From assembly GCF_001194135.2 (NCBI RefSeq), contig NC_068987.1:73249208-73295258 (forward strand): a stretch of 46,051 nucleotides of DNA, written 5' to 3'. Below, piece after piece: positions 10,847-22,909 of this stretch. The notes below the pieces were generated by a model. It had not been told where the DNA came from and did no database searches. It saw only the letters and a program-made list of their open reading frames with translations. The position numbers were made by a program, and so were the translations under genes. Source of the DNA: Octopus bimaculoides. Its lineage: Eukaryota. The number at the start of each line of letters is the position of its first letter. Within the stretch, counting starts at the first letter, position 1.

Positions 10847-11564
10847 GTTCTTTCTTCTTTTTTCCCGTGGGGAGAGGGGGTGGGTGGGTTTGGTGTATGT
10901 ATGGGGAGGGTGGGTCTGAGTGGTCTTGAGTGGGATGGAGNNNNNNNNNNNNNNNNNNNNNNNNNNNNNNNNNNNNNNNNNNNNNNNNNNNNNNNNNNNN
11001 NNNNNNNNNNNNNNNNNNNNNNNNNNNNNNNNNNNNNNNNNNNNNNNNNNNNNNNNNNNNNNNNNNNNNNNNNNNNNNNNNNNNNNNNNNNNNNNNNNNN
11101 NNNNNNNNNNNNNNNNNNNNNNNNNNNNNNNNNNNNNNNNNNNNNNNNNNNNNNNNNNNNNNNNNNNNNNNNNNNNNNNNNNNNNNNNNNNNNNNNNNNN
11201 NNNNNNNNNNNNNNNNNNNNNNNNNNNNNNNNNNNNNNNNNNNNNNNNNNNNNNNNNNNNNNNNNNNNNNNNNNNNNNNNNNNNNNNNNNNNNNNNNNNN
11301 NNNNNNNNNNNNNNNNNNNNNNNNNNNNNNNNNNNNNNNNNNNNNNNNNNNNNNNNNNNNNNNNNNNNNNNNNNNNNNNNNNNNNNNNNNNNNNNNNNNN
11401 NNNNNNNNNNNNNNNNNNNNNNNNNNNNNNNNNNNNNNNNNNNNNNNNNNNNNNNNNNNNNNNNNNNNNNNNNNNNNNNNNNNNNNNNNNNNNNNNNNNN
11501 NNNNNNNNNNNNNNNNNNNNNNNNNNNNNNNNNNNNNNNNNNNNNNNNNNNNNNNNNNNNNNNA

Positions 11565-11719
11565 TTGACCCCAGTGTTTTACTGGTATTTAATTCATTGA
11601 CCCTGAAAGGATGAAATGGTGTAATTTGAACTTCAAACATAAAGACGGGTGAAATACCGCTAAACATTTTGCTCGGCGTGCTATTGATTCTGCCAGCCTG
11701 CTGCCTTTTTAAAATCATG

Positions 11720-11780
<61 letters not shown>

Positions 11781-11989
11781 CAAATTTTGGCACAAGGCCA
11801 GCAAGTTCATGGGAAGTGGGTAAGTCAATTACATCGACCCCAGTGTTTAACTGGTACTTATTTTATCGACTTCAAAAGGATAACAAGTAAAGTCGACCTC
11901 GGTGGAATTTGAACTCAGAATGTAAAAGATGGATGAGATGTTACTGAACATTTTGCCTGGCATGCTAATGATTCTGTCAGCTCTCCGCC

Positions 11990-12027
<38 letters not shown>

Positions 12028-12750
12028 TATAATAATAATTATAATAATAATAATGATGATAGTGATGATTTCAAATTTTTGCACAAGGTCAATAATTTTG
12101 GGGGAGGGAGTAAGTTGATTACATTGACCCCCCAGTTCTCAACTGGTACTTATTTCATCAACCCCAAAAGGTTGAAAGGTAAAGTTGACCTCAGGGGAAT
12201 TTGAATTCAGAATGTAGTAATGGGTGAAATACCACTAAGCATTCCATCCAGCATGCTAGCAATTCTTATTTCTTTATTGAAAGGGCTAAACATAGAGGGG
12301 ACAGACAAAAGGATTAAGTCGATTATATCAACCCCAGTACTTAATTTATCGACCCCGAAAGGATGAAAGGCAAAGTCGACCTTGGCAGAATTTGAACTCA
12401 GAATGTAATGGCAGACNNNNNNNNNNTCGACCTTGGCAGAATTTGAACTCAGAATGTAATGGCAGACGAAATACCACTAAGCATTTCTCCCGGCGTGCTA
12501 ACGTTTCTGCCAGCTCACTGCCTTTACTTAATATAAATAATCCTTTCTACTATAGGCATAAGGCCTGGAATATGTAGGGAGGGGCATAGTTGATTACATC
12601 GACCCCAGTACCTGACTGGTACTTAATTTATCAACTGCGAAAGGATGAAAGGCAAAGTCGACCTCGGTGGAATTTGAACTTAGAATGTAGTGTCGGATGA
12701 AATACTGCTAAGCACTTCCTACAGTGTGCCAATGATTCTGCCAGCTCACC
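11565..12750 (-). mobile_element. Head-to-tail chain of about 5 family A SINEs separated by (AAT)n/(GAT)n
   Basis: The same SINE body recurs at about 11565, 11775, 12065, 12270 and 12537, all in one orientation. Confidence 0.8.
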
Positions 12751-12810
12751 ACTTGAAATATACATAATAACACATCAAATGTATATATATAAATACATAT
12801 AAATACATGT

Positions 12811-13180
12811 GGAGGCGCAATGGCCCAGTGGTTAGGGCAGCGGACTCGTGGTCGTAGGATCGCAGTTTCGATTCCCAGACCAGGCGTTGAGTGTTTATTT
12901 AGCGAAAACACCTAAAGCGCCACGAGGCTCCGGCAGGGGATGGTGGCGAACCCTGCTGTACTCTTTCACCACAACTTTCTCTCACCCTTACTTCCTGTTT
13001 CTGTTGTGCCTGTAATTCAAAGGGTCAGCCTTGTCACACTGTGTCATGCTGAATCTCCCAGAGAACTACGTTAAGGGTGTCTGTGGAGTGCTCAGCCACT
13101 TGCACATTAATTTCACGAGCAGGCTGTTCCGTTGATCGGATCAACTGGAACCCTCGACGTCGTAAGCGAAGGAGTGCCAC
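12811..13180 (+). mobile_element. Full-length tRNA-derived SINE (family D)
   Basis: GGAGGCGCAATGGCCCAGTGGTTAGGGCAGCGGACTCGTGGTCGTAGGATCGCAGTTTCGATTCC contains A box TGGCCCAGTGG and B box GTTTCGATTCC, followed by a non-tRNA body. A reverse partial copy lies at about 17520-17700. Confidence 0.75.
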
Positions 13181-13193
13181 CATAAATACATAT

Positions 13194-13224
<31 letters not shown>

Positions 13225-14110
13225 TGTTCTGTACACTTTCTTAACAATATCAGTGACGGCTGACAGAAAAACAGTAAATCTAGAAACATCTGAGGAAGTT
13301 CAAAAACGAACTTATAATTTCTTTCACATTAGCCTCTTCTCCTCCTCCCCCTCCTCCTTCTTCTTCCACAGAAATGTGGGTTTCTGTGCTGATTCTGAAG
13401 AATAAACTCATATACCTTGAGTAGAAGCACTGTGACTTTGTGGTATTGGAGCACATTCTTTTATTCATCTATCGGTTTCAATTGGTGGACAATGGTCATT
13501 CTCGTATTGCCTTGAAGGAATCTTATATTAATATTATCTTTTATCATTTGTTTCAGTTATTAGACAGTGGCCATGCTGGGGTACTACCTTGATGGGCTTA
13601 GCTGAACAAATCGATCCTAGTACTTACTTTCTAAGTCTGGTATTGTCTTTCTATCAGTCTCCTTTGCTGAACTGCCAAGTTTTGGGGATGTAAACAAACT
13701 AACACACATTTGTCATGTGTTGGCAGAGGACACACACACACATGCACACATGATGGGCTTCTTTCAGTTTCTGTCTACCAAATCCACTCACAAGGCTTTG
13801 GTCGGCATGGTGGTATAGTAGTAAACACTTGCCCAAGGTACTTTCTATGCAGTAGGACTGAACTGGGAACCATGTGGTTGAAAAGCAAACTTCTTACCAC
13901 ACAGTCACTCTTGCGCCCATATTAATATCATATCAATAATATGCATTGTCTTGTACTGATTGTTTATATCAAATCTCATCAAGAGATGGCGGCGAAATCA
14001 GCTTGGGTACGAAGGGACATAACTGTGGCAGAGCACAATTACACAATTTTTTTTTTTTTTTTGACGTTTAGTTTTTGATCCCACACCAATATACTGAGCA
14101 AACGTCTTAC

Positions 14111-14212
14111 CTGTCGCTATGTATATATTCGTTGTAGTCAAGTTCGAATCGCAAGAAGTCTAGCATTTGTAGATAGATGTCACTCCCAGGAAATTTACAC
14201 TTTGGAAATATA
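14111..14212 (-). CDS. HEXD: Hexosaminidase D-like coding exon 12: (T)IFPKCKFPGSDIYLQMLDFLRFELDYNEYIHSD
   Basis: Long polypyrimidine acceptor (ctctctacttctctccag) and donor gtaaga; 102 nt, phase 2 to 2. Contains the conserved FPGS motif. Confidence 0.9.
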
Positions 14213-14554
14213 CTGGAGAGAAGTAGAGAGAGAAAAAAACATTATAATTTAATCAAGAGATAACTGAATTACATCAACATTTATGAAAAAAAACCCAGAG
14301 TGGGTATTCTTTATCTGGTATTTCAGTTTTGATGTCATCATCATCATCATCATCATTTAACATCTACTCTTCCATGCTTGCATGAGCCAGCTGGATGCCC
14401 TTCCTGTTACCAACCCTCACAGGCTTCCAGTCTAGGTAACATTTCTCCATAGTCAGACATGCTTTTCTATAGCAAATTTGAAACTGGATAACATTACTTG
14501 TACAATAGTGATGTTCATTTGTAACCATCATGTGATGTCAAGACAAGGGTATGT

Positions 14555-14595
<41 letters not shown>

Positions 14596-15350
14596 GATTT
14601 CAGGAAGATTTGTCTATTATTTCTAGTAAATTCAACAGTTGCATAAACAGCTGTGATAAATTAAATACCAGTCAAATACCAAGGTCCGTTTAAAACAACT
14701 TTGTTCCTACCATTATAGCTGTTCCCAATATTTGAAACCTTGGGCTGACACGTGGCATCATTATTATCATGTGATGATGGTGGTGATAATAATCCTTTTT
14801 AGGCAGAAAATGAGAAATCTTGCAAGAGAGAGTTAGTTGATCACATTGGACTCAGTACTCAACTGGTACTTAATTTATTGATCCAATTGACTAGTTTTAT
14901 TGTTAACAATCTGTCAGGATTTACACTGTCTACAAATCATTCTTGTTCAGACCACTTGGTTATGATTTCAAATCTTACTCTAGCCAGCTTGTTGTACACT
15001 GAGACAAAGTACATAAGCCTGCTTTTAACAGATTGCCTAATATTATTTCTTTTTACATTTGAATGATAGAAATGGCATCCAAATGAAAAGAAAAGAAATA
15101 AATTGACCATTTCAACCGTTAGTTTTTGCAGGTTGAGTGACCTCCATGGAAACTTCTTTGGTTCAGTGCTTTAGAGGTCCTCCATTCTAGGAAGTGATTG
15201 GATCACACTAGTACTGAGACTGTTTACAATCACATTTGAAATCTGTGGTTTTAACCTCACTAGCCTGAAATTCTTATCCAAAAGGACCAAATATATTTTA
15301 AAATATGTAGTTTAATACTTGAATTTAAGATGCAATAAATGTAAACATAC

Positions 15351-15432
15351 GTTCTATCTGGGATAAGAGGCAGTGTAGGTTCAAATTCCAGCTCCTTTGA
15401 AACTGTTAAGTGAATATCAGAATTGAATGTTC
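15351..15432 (-). CDS. HEXD: Hexosaminidase D-like coding exon 11: (G)TFNSDIHLTVSKELEFEPTLPLIPDR
   Basis: Acceptor ttttactttcag and donor gtatgt; 82 nt. Its phase 1 to 2 exactly bridges exons 10 and 12. Confidence 0.8.
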
Positions 15433-15615
15433 CTGAAAGTAAAATAAGTGAGAATCATGAATTTATTTCATTCCTACTTCACAGGTGAAAGGGTTAGTAA
15501 TAAAGAGGAACAGTATCCAGTTGTAAAGCCAATTATTAAAATAATATACAAATACTGAAATTTCTTCTAAAAATTATATCCATACTGTTGTGGATGAAAA
15601 GTACATTCCAGTTAA

Positions 15616-15848
15616 TCCTTTGCCTGCCATGTGTATAACATATGATATGAGGAACATATTTTCATGGTGTCCATGCATCATATATGACAAGTATTCTAGA
15701 TTATTTCCAACCACCAGAATAACTTGGGACATTTGAAAGGAAAACATTTTTATTTCTCAGAACGTATGAAACAAAAGTTAACTAAAAGTCTGAAAACAAG
15801 CATGGATGTTTGGACAAACTCATAAAAATGCTTTGAGCAGGCAAAGGG
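15616..15848. mobile_element. piggyBac-type MITE
   Basis: TTAA|TCCTTTGCCTGC ... GCAGGCAAAGGG|TTAA: terminal inverted repeats flanked by a TTAA duplication. Confidence 0.7.
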
Positions 15849-16240
15849 TTAAAAGTAGAATATATCTGCAACACCATCCTAGAATCAGTCAATATTTTAT
15901 GTGATCCAAGAAAAGGTCAGAAGATATATCCTAAAATAGTGAGTATTATGTGCCCCATTTAATTCATCATCATCATCATTTAGCATCTGCTTTCCATGTT
16001 GGGATGGGTTACATGGTTTGACCGGAACTGGTAAGCTGGAGAGCTGCACCAGGTTCCAGTCTGATTTCGCTTGGTTTCTATGGCTGGATACCCTTCCTAA
16101 CTCCAACCACTTCAAGAGTGTGATGGGTGCTTTTTCCATTCCACCGACACAGCTGCTATTATGTGCCACCGACATGGGTGCTTTTATGCACCACCAGCAG
16201 AGGTGAGAGTTATATGACACCAGTATCAGCCACAACTATG

Positions 16241-16275
<35 letters not shown>

Positions 16276-18021
16276 NNNNNNNNNNNNNNNNNNNNNNNNN
16301 NNNNNNNNNNNNNNNNNNNNNNNNNNNNNNNNNNNNNNNNNNNNNNNNNNNNNNNNNNNNNNNNNNNNNNNNNNNNNNNNNNNNNNNNNNNNNNNNNNNN
16401 NNNNNNNNNNNNNNNNNNNNNNNNNNNNNNNNNNNNNNNNNNNNNNNNNNNNNNNNNNNNNNNNNNNNNNNNNNNNNNNNNNNNNNNNNNNNNNNNNNNN
16501 NNNNNNNNNNNNNNNNNNNNNNNNNNNNNNNNNNNNNNNNNNNNNNNNNNNNNNNNNNNNNNNNNNNNNNNNNNNNNNNNNNNNNNNNNNNNNNNNNNNN
16601 NNNNNNNNNNNNNNNNNNNNNNNNNNNNNNNNNNNNNNNNNNNNNNNNNNNNNNNNNNNNNNNNNNNNNNNNNNNNNNNNNNNNNNNNNNNNNNNNNNNN
16701 NNNNNNNNNNNNNNNNNNNNNNNNNNNNNNNNNNNNNNNNNNNNNNNNNNNNNNNNNNNNNNNNNNNNNNNNNNNNNNNNNNNNNNNNNNNNNTATATAG
16801 TAAAATCTAATAAGTGGTGCTATCATGCATTGAGCAAGTTCCTGATGTCCATATTTTATAAGGTACTTCACCAGAACTTGCAGCCATATTTAGATATGCT
16901 ATGGTGAAAGGCTGGTGATAGAAAGCAGTAGTGCTAGACATAGATTACAGCAGAACTGAAATACATATATGAAAGAAGGTAGTTAATATTAGTGATAGGA
17001 GGAAACTCTGGTAGACGTAGATTGCAGAATAGTTGAAGTAGACATATGAGTTGAATTAGATACATTATTGCTATTTTACACCAAGTCATCTCTAATCAAA
17101 GACTTATGATGAAGCAGACCTATGATCCAGCATTGAGAAACTCATTTTCTCCAGTAAATAAGCCTATATTATTTAGTGTGTTCTTTTATTTTTAAAGATA
17201 TTATAGTGTTATCCGAGGCAAGTTTGACTGTTATCTCTTTGAAGTTGATAACAATGCTCCTCTAGTCATATACACTTACAGGGCCAGTCTCCTGATTTCC
17301 ATGGTGCATATATTCCCCTGGATGAGATGCCAGTCCACTGCAGGGTTACTCAGATTTGCCAGCTGAGTGGACTGGAGTAACATGAAATAAAGTGTTTTTG
17401 TTCAAAAACAAAATGTCCCCTGGTCCAGGAATCAAAACCACAATCTTAGGATCATGAATCTAACACCCTAACCATTAAGCCACATACTTGCACATCTTTG
17501 AAGGTGAGTAGCAACATTAAGGGCCTTTAAAACTGGCACTCTGTTGGTTATGATGATGAGGGTTTCAGTTAATCCAATTGACCAAACAGCCTGCTCATAA
17601 AATTAACATACAAGTGGCTGAACACTCTACAAACACGCATACCTTTAATCTAGTTCTCAGAGGGATCCAGCATGACACAGAATGTGGCAAGGCTGGCCCT
17701 TTGAAATACAGGTACAACTCATTTGTGCCAGCTGAATGGACTGGAGCAACATGAAATAAAGTGTCTTGCTCAAGGACACAATGTGCTGCTGAGAATTGAA
17801 CTCACAACCTTACAATTGTGATTTAAATACCCCTAACCACTAAGCCATGCACCTTCACTATAAGGTCCTTTATTAGCTTGATGGCAGGTGAGACATTGAT
17901 GATGGGGATGAAAATGATGTCTAAAGATGATGGCTAAAGAAATATTTTCAATGATGGTGGTGGTGGTGGTGGTGGTGGTGGTGGTGATGGTGGCAGCAGT
18001 GTCAGTGATGCTGAGACTTAC

Positions 18022-18104
18022 CACACTTCAGGACATGTAAGCAGACAGCAAGGGACGGTAATGCCTGAGGCAGCATCTCACAGAGGACAGCAAAATGGTC
18101 AAAC
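18022..18104 (-). CDS. HEXD: Hexosaminidase D-like coding exon 10: (R)FDHFAVLCEMLPQALPSLAVCLHVLKC
   Basis: Acceptor attctctgcag and donor gtaagt; 83 nt, phase 2 to 1. Matches the HEXD RYDHxxxLCELLPxxxPSLxxCL motif. Confidence 0.92.
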
Positions 18105-18325
18105 CTGCAGAGAATGATATTGGATGTTATTACAGAAGGTTATCTTATATTGCAGACAAACATTCATGCCACACACATGTTTATACACCCTATTGATAGG
18201 CTGTATTGATAGGAATATTGCTGAAGATACAGGTCAGATGTTGTTGGTGTCAAAGAGGACAACAAAACATTAAGGCAAGGCAAACATCTCAAGTCATAAA
18301 CATTATTATCATTGGAAATAATTCA

Positions 18326-18381
18326 GTCTTACAGCTGTTTCTGGGATATCCCCGAGTATGGGATATTTTGTCATCAGAGAC
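18326..18381 (-). ncRNA. Minimal type I hammerhead ribozyme motif (possibly decayed), on the sense strand of the HEXD pre-mRNA
   Basis: Minus strand reads GTCT-CTGATGA-caaaATATCCCatactcgGGGATATccca-GAAACAGCTGTA-AGAC. It has the core CUGAUGA/GAAA, palindromic stem III ACAGCUGU, a GUA cleavage triplet and 4-bp stem I GUCU/AGAC. The base of stem II is mismatched. Confidence 0.65.
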
Positions 18382-18441
18382 AAATAGGGAAAAATATATA
18401 TTAATATATACCCTTCTCATTTTCCCTATTTTTTCCTATTT

Positions 18442-18493
18442 GTCTCTGATGAAGAAATATCCTACACTCGGGGATATCCCAGAAACAGCTGTA
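18442..18493 (+). ncRNA. Second, inverted hammerhead motif copy (3' strand of stem I disrupted)
   Basis: Reads GTCT-CTGATGA-agaaATATCCtacactcggGGATATccca-GAAACAGCTGTA, followed by aaat instead of agac. Confidence 0.55.
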
Positions 18494-18944
18494 AAATAGG
18501 GAAAATGAAAAGGGTATATATTAATACTTGATTAGGGAGATGAAAGGGAAAGTTGGGATTCAAACTTAGAATGTAAAGAAATGGAACAAATGCTGCATCA
18601 CGTTTTTCTGACTCTCAACTGATTAGCGTTTCATCTGTCTTTACATTCTGTGTTTAAATTCTGATGAGGTTGAATTTGCCTTTCATCCTTTCAGTGTTGA
18701 TAAAATAAGTACCAGTTGACTGCTCGGATTGACGTAATTTGCCCAAAATTTCTAGCCTTGTGTCAATTTGAAACCAATAACCCTTTCTAGTGTAGGTTTG
18801 GTCACCGGGAAAAATCTGAGTTTCCCAGCAACAGAGTTTTATTTTGAGGGGTTTTTTTTTTCTTTTCCAGGTTATTTTGCATGTTTTCAATGAATGTGAC
18901 ATTAAAATCATGCCTAAGCAGCTCCTTTCGCCAGAAAACGAAAG

Positions 18945-19055
18945 ATTTGGCTGCTATTTCTTGCATGCCCTGCTACCATGTAACAGGTATTTCGAGTCTT
19001 TTATTGCAAATAGCAGTTACGTGGTAGCAGGGTGTGCTAGAAATAGCAGCCAAAT
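18945..19055. repeat. Hairpin with about 40-bp arms and a 31-nt loop
   Basis: ATTTGGCTGCTATTTCTTGCATGCCCTGCTACCATGTAAC pairs with GTTACGTGGTAGCAGGGTGTGCTAGAAATAGCAGCCAAAT. The arm start also recurs at about 38188 and about 38742. Confidence 0.8.
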
Positions 19056-19673
19056 TTTTGGAAGTGAGATACGTTGAATACACTCCAAAAAACCTATGGA
19101 AAAAAATTATTTCACACTAAAGTTACGAATGGGTCTTTTACAAAATATTTATGTCAAAAAAATATTTTGTAATAGTATTCACTTGAAAATAATTTTAAAA
19201 AACATTAAAATATTGTTTGTTTAAAGAAAGCTAAAACATTAATAATTATTGTATAAACAACTTACATTTTTGAAATTACATTCACTTAAAAATATTTGTA
19301 AATGATTAAAATATAGTGTTTAAAAAAAGCAAAAGCAGAAACATTTACTGTAAAAAAACAAATCATATTTTTTCATTGTCAAGTCACTATCTAATCGAAA
19401 GGTAAGAGTTACTTCCCTTTCATGATTAAGTCAATTTCGGAGATTTTTCCCATTATGTGCCATTTTGGACATTTATACCCTGAAAACCCTTAATATCTTA
19501 CCAACCACTTATCTGATTTACACAAAATTTGTTTCATTCCATTTGTATTTACATTTCAGGGCAAATTTAATTCAGAGTATTTTCCCATTTTGCACCAGCT
19601 TGGCTGAGTAACATTGCAAGCAAGCAAACAAGCAAGATTCAATCTGACTTTTAATGTACTATAGATGTATGTA

Positions 19674-19708
<35 letters not shown>

Positions 19709-20759
19709 TTGAGGTGGTGATTGGAGCTAATTAATTACCTTGGCGTCAGTGCTCAAATGCTACTTATTTCAATGAATTCAAAAAGGACGAAAAGCAAAGT
19801 CAAGCTCGGCATAATTTTAACTCAGAACATAAAGACAATCAAAATACTCCCAAGTATTTTGTCTGATGTGCTAATGATTCTGCCATTCTCGCTGTCCTAA
19901 TGAAGGTAATAATGAAAATGATGATATTGATAGTTATGAAGATGGTGATAATAACAATTTTTTTCTCATTTTGGCACAAGGCCAGCAATTTTAAGGGGAG
20001 GGCAAAGTCAAATTACATTGACCCCAGTACTCAACTGGTACTTATTTTATTGATACTGAAAGGACAAAAGTTAGTATTTGAACTCAGGATGTAAAGAGAA
20101 GGAAGAAATGTCACTACGTATTTTGTCCAGTCTCAACACCTTGGTAACAATGATGATAATATTAATTATAATGGTGATAATGATAATGACGATGATGACT
20201 GTAATGATATTAATTATGATGGTAATGATGATGATGATGTGATGAAGATGATGATGATGATACTGCTGCTGATGATGATGATAATGATGATGATAGTGAT
20301 GGTAACAATTGATGATGATAATGGTGGTAATAATGATAGAGATGATAACAATGATGATACTAGTTAATAGATGCTAACATTATCCTAAAGCAGTGGGCAG
20401 ATCAATAAATCAATAATCTAATTGTATTATTTCTGATCCTCAAACACCAACTAGTTTTTCCACTCTAACTCTGTGTCCTAGACAAATGTATATAAAGTTT
20501 CTGTATGGCTCAGTTTTAAGTGGACACTTGAAAGCCATACTCCTTTTGATTAAATAGATGGACACATGCACACTTACACATAGACTGTAACATATGCAGT
20601 CCTCAACAGAAACAATATAAAATTGCAGATGTCTCTTAACCGCAAGGGAATTTTAAGGGTTAATGCTTAGGTCTGTCATTTTGGCATTAAGATGATGAAA
20701 GACAGAGCCTTCTTCTTCTTTAATCTCGAGCTGGTGACCGGAGGAGGTGGTTGTCCTCT

Positions 20760-21240
20760 CAACCAATATACTGCTGTGGGTGCTACTGGATGACAGACTC
20801 CGATGATAATATTATTCAATAATTTCTGATTCATGGCAGTGGCCTTAGTATGCTCATGGTTGAGGGACTATGGCTCCAGGTCTTCCTCATTTTGTTTTGC
20901 CCATGTCTTCTTTGGTGTACTGTGCTGGATTCTTCATTCCATAGGTCATTTCTGCTACAAAAGTTGGTGTAGTAGACTTCCAGTGTTCATCCTGCAGATG
21001 TGGCTAAACCACTGTAACCTGTACTGCCAGACATAGTCTGCAATGGTTGGCTGTTGCTGGCATTGTTCTTGGATGTTGTTACTTGAGATTCAGTCGTGTA
21101 GAGAGACAGGGCCTACAAGAGAAATTTTGCAAAACTGCTTTCTGATCCCTAGGGAGGTAGGAGTGGTCCCATCACAATTCAAAGACGTGGGTTTTTTAGG
21201 GGATGGACTGATCAGGTATTCATGGATCCCCACTTTGGCT
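20760..21240 (-). mobile_element. Degenerate RTE-clade LINE 3' remnant
   Basis: Minus-strand frame YRLQWFSHICRMNTGSLLHQLL...TPKKTWAKQNEEDLE resembles RTE RLxWFGHxxRM / PxKTW. Frameshifts and stops are present. Confidence 0.65.
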
Positions 21241-21989
21241 TTCCCTGGACTGATGATGATGATGATGAAGATAATGATGATGATGCTGATGAGGATGCTG
21301 ATGCAGATGCTGATGATGATCTACATATTGTGTTTTGTGTGTTTGCATGTACCCTTGTCCTGACATCATGAGATGGTTGTAAACGAGCATCACTGTCATA
21401 TAAGCGATGTTGTTCGTTCCCAGTCAACTGTGGATACCATATCTGGCTATGGCCATAGGGAAATATTACCTTGCTTGGAAACAGGTAAGGGTTGGTAACA
21501 GGAAGGTAAAAAGGTTAAGTTACCTTCTCAAATCATAGCAACTCATAAGGGCCAGTTTCCCAGTTTCCATGGCATATATATTCCCCACCTGGACAGGATG
21601 CTGGTCTATCACAGGGTTACTCATTTTTGAAAGCTAAAAGGACTGGAGCAACATAAAATGAAGTGTTTCACTCAAGAACACAATGCATCACCTGGTCCAG
21701 GAATCAAAACCACAATCTTACGATCATGAGTCCAACACCCTAACCACTAAGCCACGCGCCTTCACTTGGTAACAGGAAAGGCATCCAGCAGTAGAAAATC
21801 TGCCTCAATGAATTCCATGTGATCCATGCCAGCACAAAAATGTGGACATTTAATGGTGATGACTTTTGAGCCGGCAGTGGAATGCCTTCTCTATTCAGCC
21901 ATTTTTCTGTGTACTTCTTGACAGATGTAGGCACATAACTATCTTACTGTAGGCATCTCACTCTCTAACTACCACTTTATAGTTCAGAA

Positions 21990-22275
21990 AGCAAAACTTA
22001 GATGACTACTACTGCTATTACTATCACCATCACCACCACTACTACTATTGCTCCTACTACTGGTACCACTACAACTTTGCAATCACATTCGTTACTTCAA
22101 CACATAATCCACCACCATCACCTCTACCACTTCTATTGCAACCACCACCACCACTACTACTAGCACAGCTAATTATCAGATACTACTACAGCTACCACCA
22201 CTATCACCACCAATAACAACAACACTGCAGCAATTTACCTTCCCTAAGACTACTATCACGAGTACCACTAACAAC

Positions 22276-22307
<32 letters not shown>

Positions 22308-22320
22308 CATCACCACCAGA
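21990..22320. repeat. Compound (ACC/ACT/AAC)n low-complexity tract directly downstream of the exon 9 donor
   Basis: Read directly from the sequence. Similar compound triplet tracts lie at about 3925-4040, 17950-18000 and 20150-20360, and (TA)n, (TG)n and (CT)n tracts occur throughout. Confidence 0.9.
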
Positions 22321-22332
22321 GCTGCCACTCAC

Positions 22333-22528
22333 CTTTGCCATCCTGTTATAGTAATACCACAGATCTTCTTGAATTTATGTTTCTCTTGGTTGATGACACT
22401 CAACCAGGCAAGATGGTTGTCGACATGATACATAATATTCGTCAAGTAGGCAGAAGAACTGGTAGCACCTTTGAAAGAACTTGCGAACCAAATGTTTGGA
22501 AATACTTTGGAATAACGGTCCCAAATAT
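22333..22528 (-). CDS. HEXD: Hexosaminidase D-like coding exon 9: (D)IWDRYSKVFPNIWFASSFKGATSSSAYLTNIMYHVDNHLAWLSVINQEKHKFKKICGITITGWQ
   Basis: Acceptor atttttgcag and donor gtgagt; 196 nt, phase 1 to 2. Contains the W-x-ASxFKGAT, NHxxWL and TGWQR motifs of the HEXD subfamily. Confidence 0.95.
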
Positions 22529-22909
22529 CTGCAAAAATATACATGTCTTGTTTATCGTATTTATTTGTTTTAGTCGTTGGACTGCGGCCATGCTGGGGCA
22601 CCACCTTGAAGAATTTTAATTGAATGAATCAACCCCAGTACTTCTATTTTAATCCTAGTACTTATTCTTATGGGGATGCAAACACAACAACACCGGTTGT
22701 CAAGTGATAGTGGGGGAGGACAAACACACAAACACACATACACACACACACACATACATACATATATATGACAGGTTTCTTTCAGTTTCCATTTACCAAA
22801 TCCACTCACAAGACTTTGGTTGCCCAAGGCTATAGTAGAAAACACTTGCCCAAGGTGTCAAACAGTGGAATTGAACCTGGAACCATGTGGTTGGGAACCA
22901 AGCTTCTTA

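Noticed and set aside
12811-12885. Functional tRNA gene
   Set aside because: A and B boxes are present, but the sequence continues into a SINE body with another copy in the window and no clean cloverleaf or terminator is evident.
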